Shown here in pieces: positions 39,140 to 52,519 of a stretch of 64,000 bases of DNA. The DNA is taken from positions 119,908,001-119,972,000 of the forward strand of contig OX597816.1 in NCBI GenBank assembly GCA_951406725.2, in the 5' to 3' direction. Source of the DNA: Octopus vulgaris. Taxonomy: Eukaryota. The translations under genes and the position numbers were made by a program. Position 1 is the stretch's first letter, and the number at the start of each line of letters is the position of its first letter. Under the pieces are notes generated by a model that saw only the letters and a list, made by a program, of their open reading frames with translations, did not search any database and was not told where the DNA came from.

Positions 39140-40700
39140 CATGAACTGGTTTACAATATGGGTGACTAGGCCATAACTCACACCACCAGATATTTTAAGC
39201 ATCTCAGCAGAGATTCCTGATGGGCCAGGGGCGTTTCCTGGTTTCATACCCTTAACTTCTCTATCACGCACAGGGGACTGTCTAAACTTTGGCAGGCTCT
39301 CCTCCTTCCATTCATTCTCCATGTTCAGCAGTCTTTCATAATGGCTTCTCCAAGCCTCTTTCTTTTCAGAATCATTAAAAGCAAGTGCACCATTATCTAT
39401 GCGGACACATTTCTCTCCTGTGACATCACAATTTTCTCTTACACATTGTCTTGCAATCCGAAATACTTCAGTTCTTTGGTCCTCATGTTGCTGGATATTG
39501 GCAAACTTCTTATCTGCTTCTCCCTTGTCTATGTATACCTATTACCCAGCCTCTCTCCTGGCTATCTGGTACAATTCCTGCTGCCCTCGTTCTTCCAGGC
39601 TTTCCAAGCCTGTTTCTTTGCTCTGATGGCTTTGTGTACCATATTATTCCACCACCACATTACTCTAAGTCTGGAAGAGACTTTGTACCATCTGCAGACT
39701 TGGTCTGTGACACTTAGTAAGCTGTCCCAAAGGAATTTCCAGCTACCCTCTGTGTCCAAGGTCTGTAGCTCTTCCTCCCTCTCATCAAATTTCTTGATGA
39801 GGATGTCCCTAAATTTCTGACCATGTGAAGGGTTCTTTAGCTTCCAAATCCTTCTTTTCTGGATTGGTCTGCTTCTTGGCATCCTTCTGGCCTTGAGTCT
39901 AAAGTCACTAACGACTAGTCTATGCTGGGGGGTACATTCTTCACCTGGGAGGGTCTTTATATTTAAGAACAACCCTGTGTCCCACTGTCTGGTGAGGATG
40001 AAATCAATCTGGCTAGCAGAAACACCTGATTGATAGGTTATCAGGTGGCTGCCTGGCTTCCTGAAGTTAGTGTTGCAGATTAAAAGGTTACATGCATCAC
40101 AGAACTCCAGTAGCCTAGTTCCCTCTTCCTTCAGGAACTAATACCATGGCCCCTGTGTACACCAGTAAAGATACCGAATTGCCACCCTACATGCCCACTA
40201 AAATCTCTAGCTGCAAAAGATGAGGTCATTGCCACTTGTCTTTGAGGTAGCCTGTAGGAGGGTATCATAAAAATCGTCCTTCTGATCATTTGGTAGGCCT
40301 GCTTGTTGGATGTAGGCAGAGATTATTGTAGCTGTACTGTCCTGCAGAACTAGCTTGAGCTTAAGCACTCTCTCGCATACCCTGACAACCTCTATGAACT
40401 TATCCACCATTTCTCCACAAGGAGTATGCCTACACTCCCTACTCCATCCGTGTTACCTTGCCAGAAGATTTTATACATATGTGCCTTGCCTGTGAGGACC
40501 CTAGCTGAAGCTCCTCTCCATCTTACCTCTTGTATGCAGCATACATCGACACATCTCCTTTCAAACATCTTTACAATCTCACTAGATGTACCTTTCAGTG
40601 TACCTACATTGACAGTGCCAACTCTGAAAACTGGGAAAGGAATGTGGGGTGATGCTTCGGGGGGTGGAGGGAAGATGTTATTCAGCACCTGAAAAGAAGA
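39140..40700 (-). mobile_element. RTE LINE 5' coding region (APE endonuclease), frameshifted
   Basis: VGTVNVGTLKG, DVCCIQEVRW, IISAY, QIDFIL, PQHRLVVSDF, WWWNN and APGPSGISAEMLK across successive ORFs. Confidence 0.92.
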
Positions 40701-41900
40701 AGGAGGTTGTCATGTTCATTTGTTAGACATGCTCCACCTGTTCTCACTTCTGACCTGACATCATTCAAACATTCAAGCATGTTATGATTGTTGCCCCTAG
40801 GTGGGTAGGAGTAGGTGTTAGAGGCATTGTAAGTATAAGCATTATGGACATCGTAAAAACATATCTAAGCAGTACTGGTGTTGCAAATATAAATATTCCA
40901 ATGGTAGATTAAGTAGGGTGTCAGCTAGACTAGTTGCATTTGTCCAGGGAGAGGATATTGCAGGTATGATGGAGGGGTACCACCAGTGAAGGAGGAGCAG
41001 TTTGGACAGAGAAAGAGAGGAAACAAGCTTGACCATATATACACACAAGCATGCACGCGCATGCACACACACACACACACACAGAAGAACAAGCACACAT
41101 GTACAGACCATTAGCTTTCTCTTTTTGATATGTCCATGGAAAATTACCAGGTAGTTGATGACAAATTTCTCGACAAAATGAAATGAAAGATAGCTGGTTG
41201 AGTAGGTGGGCAGCTAAGCTAGTTCCATTTGTTCCAGGAGAGAGAGAGAGAGTGCAGGTAATATAGAGAACAGCACCAATGAGGAATGGGGGGAAAGAAG
41301 AGATAACTGGTAATGGCGGTGGGAGGAGAGAGAGATATCTGGTGTAGATGGTGGGAGGAGAGAGAGAGAGATAGAGATATCCGGTATTGGTGGCAGGAGA
41401 AAGAAAAGGCAGGAGCACCACGAACAAGCAAGGTTTAATTTGGGGAAATGGCACAAAGCAGATTTCCAGCTTAGCAAAATTTCATGAAGAATTTAGGAGG
41501 AACAAAGAGAGCGATATTAGGAAGTTAAATTGGCTTACGAAACTAGCAATTGGTAAATAATATTCATTTAAAGTGTTCATGGTGGATGAGAAAGTAAACA
41601 TCAAAAGAGATGAGAAATTATCTTAGCAAAATTATATGAAGAATTATGGCGGAATGAAGGCTGAGAGAAAGAGAGAGATTAAGAAGTTATATATTGAGGG
41701 GTCAGTTTAAATGGTTAGCTTATGAAACTAGCTGTCAGCAAATAATACATTTAAAAAAGTATTAATGACGAATGAATGTATGAAAGATTGGGTCTTGTAC
41801 TGATGCTAGAATTTAACATATCTTGCAACGTCATACTTAATCATCTCAAATTAACAATGAAACTGCTGTGAGAAACAACAAAAAGAAACCATTTACTTAC

Positions 41901-42124
41901 GAACATTATCAAGTTTTTCAATGTTTGGTAGTGTGCGGATTACAGTATTCCGATAGTTTTCTAGTTCAGATATTGGGTTTTTCTGTATCCACAATACTTT
42001 CAGGTTGGGTAGTTCTTTCAAATAGCAAAGTTCACCAAGAGTTGAAATATTGTTATTTCGGACATAAAGTTCTCGTAACTTTTTACAATTCTGGAAGTCT
42101 TTAATTGATTCAATAAAATTACTG
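41901..42124 (-). CDS. CFAP410: CFAP410/C21orf2 coding exon (LRRs and LRR cap)
   Basis: ttttgcag|C...C|gtaagt, 224 nt, phase 2/1. Encodes SNFIESIKDFQNCKKLRELYVRNNNISTLGELCYLKELPNLKVLWIQKNPISELENYRNTVIRTLPNIEKLDNV, matching human ELYLRRNRI...FYLKGLPRLRVLWLAENP...YRMTVLRTLPRLQKLDN. Confidence 0.95.
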
Positions 42125-43490
42125 CTGCAAAAGGCAAATTGATAGGCTGTTAGTGTATTTTCTCTAAAAAAATGAAATATAGCCAGTATATTGGTTTAAA
42201 ATAATTTGAACATATACTGATAGTAATATGATGTTAATATATATTTGTCAATACTTTTAAGAAACATCATCAAATCTTTAATGAAAAGTCTGACATGAAA
42301 ACACAATTTACAAATTTACTTCATTTAATAATAAAGAGTGAAACATATGCTAGACTTCAGGACATCACCATCATTATTATAGCTTTAAAGTCCACTTTTT
42401 GATGCTTACAAGGGTCAGAATTCATTGAGGGTTCATATTTTTACTATCAGAAACCTTTCCCATTGCCAACATTCATCTGTTTCCAAGTGAGGTAATATTT
42501 TCCCATGGCAAAATAAGTTTTCATGGAAAAATTGGAAATGAATGAAACTGCTTGTATGACAGCAACATTTGTTTACAACTGTGACATAGAGTAAAGGCTC
42601 CTTTCAGTCATGAATGACCATGAGATTACACTGAAAAAGTTCTCCTCTGAGGCACAAGTCTGGGCAAAGTTCTTTATAGAAAACTAGCAGTTACCCATGC
42701 ATACCAGCCTCCCCTCTCCATGTCACTCATGTTATGAAAGGAAAAGGCCGATACAGCTTATTTGGCCTGGGGTTACAGTTGAAGACACTTGCCCAAGGTG
42801 CTATGCAGTGGGACTGAACCTGGAACCATGTGATTGGGCATCAAATTTCTTATCACACAGCCATACCTGCATCTTAATATTAAATAATCTATATCAAATA
42901 AAATAGTGAGAGAAAATATTGTTACACTATTCATTTAGAAACAATCCAAACAGATGGCAAATAGTTAAAATGAACACACAGACCCATATTTTCCTGTTGA
43001 CTAATGGTAAACACAACCACAATAATGGGAGGCAAAGGCCAAAAATAGACTGTTGAATCATAGTAGAGATCACTTGGTAACAAAGAGAGATCATAAGAGA
43101 CAGATTAGAACCATAATTAAGATAGATTAATTAAGACCGATTCATAACTGAGACAGATTTCATCATCACTAAAAGATTATCAGCCAACAATAAATATATA
43201 GTCAAGGATAATAGACAATGTGAGTAATTTTGAATGACACATCCTACTGCAACATGTTATTAACAGATGATTTAGCTCTTTCAACCTGAATTTTAATTTA
43301 ATTAAAAAAAAACAACTTAACTTCTTTAAAAGAGAGAAAGCACAGTAAAATGTCTAGACAGTTAATTTACAAATAACAAGCAAAATAACAATCAGTATAT
43401 ATATAAAGTTAAACTGCTCCAAACTATCTATAGATAGCCTATTTTTTTGTTTTTACTTAATGTTTATTTTAAATTCTATTTCATTCTTAC

Positions 43491-43556
43491 CTAATGCTGC
43501 ATACTTCCAAGTTTGGTAGTTTATTCATTACTGTAATGTCAGATAAATCACAAGAC
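43491..43556 (-). CDS. CFAP410: CFAP410/C21orf2 coding exon (LRR N-terminal part)
   Basis: tttttag|G...AG|gtaag, 66 nt, phase 2/2. Encodes (W)SCDLSDITVMNKLPNLEVCSI(S), which aligns by eye with human [23 protein letters not shown]. Confidence 0.9.
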
Positions 43557-43599
43557 CTAAAAAAGAAAAAAAAAGAAATAACAATAACAATAATAATAA

Positions 43600-43953
43600 A
43601 TGAAGAAACTTTCAAAATACTAAGATCTGGAAATAGAGGTAACTCGAATATGTAAAACTCGAATGTGGAGCCTAAAAACAGAAACAATTCCTATTATAGT
43701 AGGCAGATTAGGTATGATAAAAAAACACATTCAGACAAATACATAAAAAAAACACCAGGACTTAACAAGTATATATAACATACAGAAAATAGCACTACTA
43801 GGCACTGCACAGAGCCTATGTAAAACACTTTCAATACAGTGATAATAAGAGCACCACAACAAACCACAGCACATACCCAAGGTACACAGAGCTGCGCTTG
43901 GTAGTGCAATGAAAGCACATGATAAAAATAAGACTACTGAATAATAATAATAA
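43600..43953 (+). mobile_element. 3' end of an R4/Dong-like (REL endonuclease) non-LTR retrotransposon in a (TAA)n tract
   Basis: Frameshifted KLSKY.DLEIEVTRMWSLKTETIPIIVG.LGMIK ... IQKIALLGTA, with (TAA)n on both sides. Confidence 0.75.
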
Positions 43954-43954
43954 A

Positions 43955-44440
43955 TGCCCTGATGCAATACCAGGCACTGGCTCTCATGGCTTCTGATCGA
44001 AGTGATATCAAGTATATGTTTTGTCTTAATGTAAAAGATGGGCTTGTCAGTTGTTTGACCGTAACTAGTTGAGCATGTCTCTTGGTGGTTGACAATATGC
44101 GCATCTCTGATTATGAGCAGAAGCAGTGGGAGAGCATCATAGCCATGTGTTGAGAGGAATTCTTTGGGGTTTGAATAATTCACCCCTGGAAACATGGGTG
44201 TTTTGTTCAACATCCTTATTCAGGATCCTTTTGAGTAGGATGGGCTACTAGATCTAAAGAAAATTCTAATTGGGCCCTATATGCAAGGTCATGCGCTGTT
44301 TATCTTGATATGAAATCACCATGTTGCGCATATATGGTTGTGATGCATGTACCTAGTGTACCTTTATCAGATGGGTAGATTGGGCTTTGTATATTTGTAC
44401 CCCAGTGTCACTTTGATGGCATATGCTGTTCTCTCACTCA
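43955..44440. mobile_element. Unclassified repeat-like insertion bounded by (TAA)n
   Basis: GC-richer block between TAA tracts that I recall as an octopus repeat. Not verifiable within the window. Confidence 0.4.
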
Positions 44441-44454
44441 ATAATAATAATAAT

Positions 44455-44960
44455 AATTTTAAATTTTGGCACAAAAAAAAAGCCAGCAGTTTTGGTGGAG
44501 GGGTAAGTCGATTACATCAACCTCAGTATTCAACTGGCACTTATTTCATCAATCCTGGTGGAATTTGAACTCAGAATGTAATGATGGATGAAATGCCACT
44601 AAGCATTTTGTCCAGCGTGCTAATGATTCTGCCAAGTTACTGCCCTAACAATAATAATCCTTTCCACTAAAGGTACAAGGCCTGAAATTTTGGAGGAGGG
44701 GTAAGTTGATTACATTGCTCCCAGTGTTCAACTGGTACTTATTTCATTGACCCTGAAAGGATGAAAGGTAAAGTCAACCATGGCAGAATTTGAACTTAGA
44801 TTATAAGGACAGACGAAATGCTGCTAAGCATTTTGCCCGACCTGCTTACGATTCTGCCAGCTCACCACCTTAATAATAATAATAATAATAATCCTTTCTA
44901 CTAAAGGCACAAGGTCTGAAATTTGGAGAAAGGGGCTAGTTGATTACATCGACCTTAGTA
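44455..44960 (-). repeat. Tandem Meta-like SINE copies with (AAT)n spacers
   Basis: Same family as 6925-8225, opposite strand. Confidence 0.8.
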
Positions 44961-46509
44961 CTTTTCCATTCTTCTTATATACCAGTTGTCAAGTGGTGGT
45001 GGGGGACAAACACAAAGATGAACACACATAGTATTTATGTACACCCAGACACACACACAAAATGGGCTTCTTTCAGTTTTGTCTCCCAAATCCACTCACA
45101 AGGTTTTGGTCAACCCTGGGGCTATAGTGGAAAACATTTGCCCAAGGTGCCACACAATGGGATTGAACCAAGAACCATGTGTTTGGGAAGCAAACTCCTT
45201 ACCATACAACCACACCTGCTCTTATATTATAAAACAATTATTAGCTTTATTGATTTCAATGCCGGGTGGATCAATGGGAAGTTGTAATGTTCATGTATTT
45301 CTTAAACGCATTAATAATATAAGTGAAGAGAAGCGCAGTGAAATAACCACCACTGAGAATCAAGACTACGTTGTAAATGTAGGCCAACAGAAGTTATCCC
45401 TCTACTCTGGCACTATCCATATAATTAAAAAACAAATAAATATAAAAACCGATTATAGCAGTGACTTGATCAATTCCTAGCAATATCTGAAGAAGGAATA
45501 TTTATATTCTGAAATGTTATATTAGACTATAATTAAATTACAATAGTTATTACAGTCTACTCTGCATTGTTGTGCTATTCAAGACACGTTATATTTTACA
45601 AACAATACACAATGCTTCTAGTGAACTACAATACTCTCTTAAAAATAATGATTTTAGCGTATGTACACAACCTGAAATTTGAAGGAAGGAATAATTAGTC
45701 GATCATTGACTCTTATGCTTGACTGGTACTTATTTTCTCAACCCCGCAAAGATGAAAGGCAAAGTTTATCTCAGTGGGATTTGAGCTCAGAATGTTAAAG
45801 GCCAAAATAAATACCACAAAGTATTTTGTCTATATTCAAATGATTCTGCCACTCCCATGTCCTATATAATAATAATGATATAAAAAGCTGATAACTTCAC
45901 TATCAAAATTCTTAAATTTTACATATATAAAAATACTAGACTATCCATGAACCATTGGGTCAGCAGGAAACTGAGTTTCCCAGCAATGGAATTTTATTTT
46001 GTGGGATTTTTCTTTTCCAGGTTATTTCGCATGCTTTCAATGAATGTGACGCTGAAAGGTTAGAGTTTCTCCCCTTTCAGGATGAAGTTAAATTCCAAGC
46101 ATTTTCCCGTTATGCACTGTTTTGGGTATTTATACCCTCAAACCCCGAATATCTCTATAACTACTGCTCCGATTTAAGCATAACTTGTTTCATTAACATT
46201 TCAGGGTAAAGTTAATTCATAGTATTTTCCCATTATGCTCCAGTTTGGCTGGGTAACATTGCAAGCAAACAAACAAAATTCAAACTGACTTTTAATGTAT
46301 TATAGATATGTTTGTCTTCCATTATGCTACATTTTGTTTTTGTATTTCCTTTCATTTTATTCCAGATACATTATTTATCTGCAATAATTACCTATAGCAT
46401 TATATTTCAAGTTTGATAGTTGATGGAATTCCACTGTTTTAGAATCTCACAGGAAATCATCTACAATCAATGAATATCTAATTTGTCTCTAGAATTTACG
46501 TCTTCTTTG

Positions 46510-46523
46510 GTTGCCATGGTTAC
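46510..46523. promoter_or_regulatory. RFX-binding X-box
   Basis: GTTGCCATGGTTAC (reverse complement GTAACCATGGCAAC) fits the X-box consensus GTHNYY-AT-RRNAAC. It lies in non-repeat sequence 3 kb upstream of the first identified exon of a ciliary gene. Confidence 0.65.
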
Positions 46524-46632
46524 AAACTAAAAGATTTAGAATCAGGAAAGCAATTAAGCCACTGCCAGCAATTTCATGTTCATTTTTTTTTTATTCTAGA
46601 AGAAAATAAATGAACAAACACATATATATACA

Positions 46633-46668
<36 letters not shown>

Positions 46669-47721
46669 GGAGGAGAGATAAATGGTAGTAGCTGCTCTCT
46701 CCAATGCTCATTCAGTAACCTTTTCTTTTTTCCTGTTATTGATATAAGACCAAAATGTATGGTTATGCAGTTACAAAGTGTTTAACAACTATATGATTCC
46801 TGGTTATGTCCCAATCTGTGACCTTTGGGCAAGTATCTTCTGCTATAATATGGAAACCCATTATATATCATCATTACTGTTTTACATCTGCTTTCCATGC
46901 TGGTATGAGTTGGATGGGTTATTGCCTCTTCCCTAGATGGGCTAGGAACTCATTTATAAGCTTCACTTTTGGCTTGGTTTTTACAGCCAGATGCTTTTTC
47001 TAATACTAACCATTCTACAGAGTATACTGGTTGCAGTCTGTCATAACACCAGCACTAGAAAGGGTGTTAAAATGTTGACAAGGTTAAAGGATCCTCACAG
47101 CCCTACACTTAACAGTGTAATGGGTGTATTTCTATTGCTGCTCCTGCACCAGAGAGGATAGGGATGAAAGACTGATGGATAGTAAGATGTGGTTAAGTGG
47201 TGAGAGTGGCTGTTAATACCAAAAGGCCAGAAGGGGAGTGTAGGCAGTATGGATCCTTCAAGTAGATGTCTCAATATGATGAGAGAGATAGTTTGTTAGA
47301 GATAAGGGGAGCCGTGTTGGAAAGAGGATCTGACAGGTCCTGTGGCATTCGTAGTTACACTGGAAATGATGTATGGTGAACCAGATATACACTGCTATCC
47401 TCAGTTATAATGGTAGCATAGAAGTGTGATTGAGAAGAGTAGACAGTGACTGAGCATGAGTGCTAGAAGCATAAGTGATAAAGGCAAGCTCAAGAGAGAC
47501 ATGAGTGATACGGGCAGGCAAACTAGAAAGACATGAGTGACAATGGCACGATAAATAAGAGAGTGATAAGGGAGGTGGTGCTGAGTGAGAGGTGTGTTAG
47601 ATGGATGAGAGGCTGTCAAGGTCAGAGATGTAGCTTTGACAGTTTGTATATAAACATACATACAAGCATACACATATACATACATATAACTAAAGGTACA
47701 TGCCTATATACACACACATAC

Positions 47722-47789
<68 letters not shown>

Positions 47790-49250
47790 GTATATGTATA
47801 TATAAATACACACACAAATATGTGTGTGTCAAGACATTATATGATGGCTGTAAATGAGTATTGTTCATTTCCGGTCTTCTGTGAAAAATATGTTTAGCTA
47901 TGGGAAAATATTAACTTGCTTGGAAACAGGAGAGTGTTGGTGATAGGAAGAGCATTTGACTATAAAAAATCTGCCTCAATGAATTCCATTTGGCCCATGC
48001 AAACATGGAAAAGTGAACATTAAAAGATGATGTATATATATCATGATAGATTGTTAGCCACTACACTCAGTTTTTCTTTCCTTGTTTTTTTCTGTCCCTT
48101 TCTGTAGAAGAGCATAGGGTCGAAATGTAAAAGACTTTTTCTATTCCTGAGTGTTATACTAATACATCTGTTTGTTTTGTACACCACCTGTCTTCGTCTT
48201 TTGTTTTTTTCACAAACTCTCCCAATATATATATGTATGTATGTTTGTATATCTATATATATAAAGAAGAGTTTGTGTGTGTGTGTGTGTGCACATATGT
48301 TCCTTATGCATTCAAAAACTTAGTTGCTGATTTTGACATATGGGGTATCAAAAGATTGAGCAATCTTTTGGCTACCAAATAAACTTTATTTTCCTTTACA
48401 TATTTGATTACAAAAATTTAACATTATAATATTTCTATAAGTCAACTATTGTAAACAACATTTTATACCATGACAATGTCACATTTTCTATATGAATGTG
48501 TATGTGTGTTTGCATGTTCATTATGTACATTAGGCTGATGACTGAGAAGTATATGTGTGTGAGTGTATGTGAGGGTGTATGCGTCTGTCAGTATACATAC
48601 ATTTTTGTGACACACACACACACATCTAAAAACAGCAACAGGCACACAAAGGGACAGAGATAGGCCCAAGGTGAGCATGAATGTGTGTCTGACTCAGTAT
48701 ATGTCTGTGACTGTACTGCCCAACATAGAAACATGCCAATTTTGAAAGATTTTAGTTTAGTTGTAGCCTGAACACTGAACGAATAACAGCATTCACTTTG
48801 AAGTATCACTGTTTGGATTTTCCTTTTCATCATGGAGAATATCAGTTTAAACAGCATTAACGGTTATCACTACTTATGTGCTGAAATATTATTCTGGTTT
48901 TTATAACCAACATAAAGATTTGGCTGATTTGGACAGCATTTGCAAATACATCTGAAAAAAAAAATGTTATTCTGGTTACTATAACAAATTTGGAAACTTG
49001 GGCAAAGTAGAAAGCCTTAGTGGCTCTTTCAATATAATTACAGAAATGTTATTCCAGTCTTTATAACCAGTTTCAAGATAATGCTTTTTCAACAGTCCTA
49101 CCATCCTTATATTCCTGCTATGCTGTTTTAACAGTGTTAGTATTTATTCTACAGCCTATAACCTTACACAGTTAAAATATATAGTAAGTGATGTCAAATT
49201 AATTTATACCTTGCTACATACATCCTTCAGTAAATAAATGTTTTCAATTA

Positions 49251-50483
49251 CCATAAAAACCCATGTAATTTGTGCACCTGTGTAATTTACGCAGGTGATT
49301 TTCTGGATAAAAATTGTTAAAAAAGCTTCTACTTGTGTAAAATTCACACCCAAACGTTTTCAGAATTGCCAATATGGCAAGGGAAAATGTTTTCAATTTT
49401 GTTGTATTTAGCATAATTCCACTTACTTATGATTAGATTTTATTAAATAAAAATGATTTCTATTTAACAGGTATTACATTGAAAGCTATTAAATTAAGAA
49501 GTGTTTGTGTTGTTTATAATAAACTTTATTTTACATTTCTTGCCCACAAGAGATTATGTCAAATCTTCTGTATGTCTTCTAAAATTATGATCACAGGCAA
49601 AGTTGATGATAATTCTTATCAACAAAACCAAGCTGATAAATATGCACAAGTGTTGCAAAATAAGTTTAATTTCCAATAAACATCAGCTTGGATGACACTT
49701 TACTCAACCAACAGAGAAAGGTGATTGATCAAACTGATTATGTAAAACAGAATTCTGATTGGTTGAAAGTGTCTTGTCTCAAGCTCTGATTTTCTGTCTA
49801 TTCTTGCCGGAACCTTGGATACAGAGTATTGAAATTTTAATTCCTTTCCCACTCATAAAATGTCAAGCAAACTTAAAAATTACCGTTTTAGCCAGGAGAC
49901 CAAACTGTTAGTTTGGTAACCTGCTAAAATAAACATTAAAAATCGAAAGGAGAAAATAAAAGAGCTTTGCAAGTTTAACTCAGTGTTTATTGGACAAGAG
50001 AGGTGCAAAATTTAAGATGTGGTTTGTTAGAATATACATGTCTGTGAGGAGACAGAAACAAGAATAGCAAAAACCTACTATACCAAAAGAACTGGTAATA
50101 CATACATTACAAGTGTTCTATGAAAAGAACACAAGATTGTTGCATAACTTAACATGAATGTGAGATGACATTAAACATTGTATAAGGTAAATGAAGGTTT
50201 CTGTAGGAATGCTTAGTCATGTTCACTTTTTATATAGAAAAAGTAAGCATTGTATTGTCCAGCATAAATAAAAGTCAACTTCATTATATTTTTTCTGTAA
50301 AATCTTATTCTGACATTAAATGAGTCAACTTCCAGTACAAATGTTTAAATTTGTATGTCATTTTTCAACAAAAAAATTTCTGAAACAATTCTGGAAACAA
50401 TCTACTCATGTAATTTATGCACACCCTAAAGTTTATGTTTGTTTTTGTGAAATAATGTGCATAAATTACATGGGTTTTTACAG
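49251..50483. mobile_element. Non-autonomous Tc1/mariner-type DNA transposon (~1.2 kb)
   Basis: 27-bp TIRs ccataaaaacccatgtaatttgtgcac / gtgcataaattacatgggtttttacag. TA at left. Sub-terminal tgtaattta(t/c)gca repeats. Confidence 0.75.
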
Positions 50484-50654
50484 AAATTAATGTTCACAAC
50501 AGCAACATATTCCTTTGTACACACTTTGTTCAGCATTCATTTAAAAATTGTAAAATAATAAATTATTTTGGTATGAAAAATTGAATTATGCCTTCTGAAT
50601 TTTCTTGGTGCTTGGCTTTCTTCACCATGACTTTCAATCCTGAATTTTTCCCTG

Positions 50655-51112
50655 GGCATGGACACACTGAAACTCCGACATCTGGCAGCTGACTTGGCAG
50701 ACACGCATAAAATTATCAACCATCGTACAAACAATAACTCTGAGCACCTTTTCAAACTCCACCCATCTAACACCCGTGGACATATTTACAAAGTAAGAAA
50801 ACAGCACAGCTCCCATGACTTCAGGAAACATTTTTTCACGCTGAGAGTTGCTGAAACATGGAACAAACTGCCGGCATCAGTTGTTAGTTGTCGGAGCACT
50901 GCATCCTTCAAGACTTCCATGCTTCCTGAGATTCGCCAGCACTACACTTGATTTTCTCCCCTCCATACACGCACAAGCATGTATCTGACTCATGCATTGT
51001 TCGCTTTGCAGACATTTCTACATTACTGCATGTACTTTATATGCACTTTCTGACAAGTTGTGGTGCACCTGAGCACCGTATACAATAATTTCATTATTAT
51101 TATTATTATTAT
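50655..51112 (+). mobile_element. CR1-clade LINE 3' end
   Basis: LKLRHLAADL..THKII...NTRGHIYKVRK...RKHFFTLRVAETWNKLP, then 3' UTR and (ATT)n tail. Confidence 0.9.
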
Positions 51113-52081
51113 AACATTTAGTACATGTTCCAAATAAATGTTGACTTTCTGTACTTTGTTACATTGGTGGTGCATAGTAATTTTTGCTAAACTGGTGACT
51201 TTCCGACACTGGAAATATTCCCTAACAAAAATTTTTATAGCTTAACTATGCTATAGAAAGTATGTTTTGCACCTATATTGACTACATTTCGTTTTGCTTG
51301 AACTTCATGTGTGTATGTTTTGCTGTACCAGTGGCATGTAAAAGCACCTATTACATTCTTGGAGTGGTAGAGACCATGCCAAATCAGACTGGTGCTTGGT
51401 GTAGACCCTCAGCTTACTAGCCCTGGTCAAACCATCCAACCCATGCCAGCATGGACAATGGATGTTAAATGATGATGATCACGATAATGATATGCTTGCA
51501 TGTTTATATCTGTGCAGTGAAAAGTAGTACAGTGAAACTTAAATATGCGGTAGAATCTCTCCATTACATTTTCACATTTTGTATCTTACAAGTACAATGA
51601 AATACGCACCAGACAAAATACTGGTACTGAAATAAATCAAATAAAACAATGACTGGAAGCAGCAGAATAACTGAATAAAAGAAAAGTTATTATGTAAATG
51701 ACTGATTAAAATCTGAAGCCAAAGTTATGAATAGAAAATGAAATATCTAACTTCCAGTAACATTGAAGCTAAGCCATCTAATTACTGTCTTCAGCAGTAA
51801 TAACTCATTTCTATTTCAAAGATATTATCTACTTTATATTAAAGAATAAAAAGAAAGAAAAAAGGAAAAAGCTGAAGAAGAAACCTATTTGTGATGACTA
51901 AACCTGCTTAAAATAGCAGTCAAATCTTTTACAGATTACACCTAATGGTCCCTAATAATTCAGTCAAACCACTGCCCTCAACTGCTACTTTATTTTATTG
52001 ATGTCAAAAGAACAAGAGGCAAAGCTGATTTCAGTAGGATTTAAATGCAAAGAACTGGAACAAAAAACCACATGGTATTTT

Positions 52082-52314
52082 CTGTTTCTTTACTACCTAC
52101 AAGGGGCTAAACACAGAGAGGACAAACAAGGACAGATAAACGGATTAAGTCGATTATATCGACCCCAGTGCGTAACTGGTACTTATTTAATCGACCCCGA
52201 AAGGATGAAAGGCAAAGTCGACCTCGGCGGAATTTGAACTCAGAACGTAGCGGCAGACGAAATACTGCTAAGCATTTCGCCCGGTGTGCTAACGTTTCTG
52301 CCAGCTCGACTTTT
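52082..52314 (-). mobile_element. Young Meta-like SINE with an 11-bp TSD
   Basis: catggtatttt at 52071-52081 and 52315-52325. CpGs largely intact. Confidence 0.9.
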
Positions 52315-52519
52315 CATGGTATTTTGTTCTATGTGTATGAACCCAGGACTACACATCGAATGAGAATACCTGTTGTTGATTGGCTTCTTTTATATTCTGT
52401 AGATTTCTTTATCAATTGCTCTGTGGAGGATAATGTACGTGCAATTTTAAATAGGGAATTTATCACTGATATTAAGTATTTGAATGAACATTTACTATCT
52501 GAATATTGGTTGGTTGGCA

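Noticed and set aside
51590-51626. Small minus-strand exon candidate (ttcag|TACCAG...|gt) as CFAP410 exon 1
   Set aside because: Its translation does not resemble the conserved KLNCW N-terminus.
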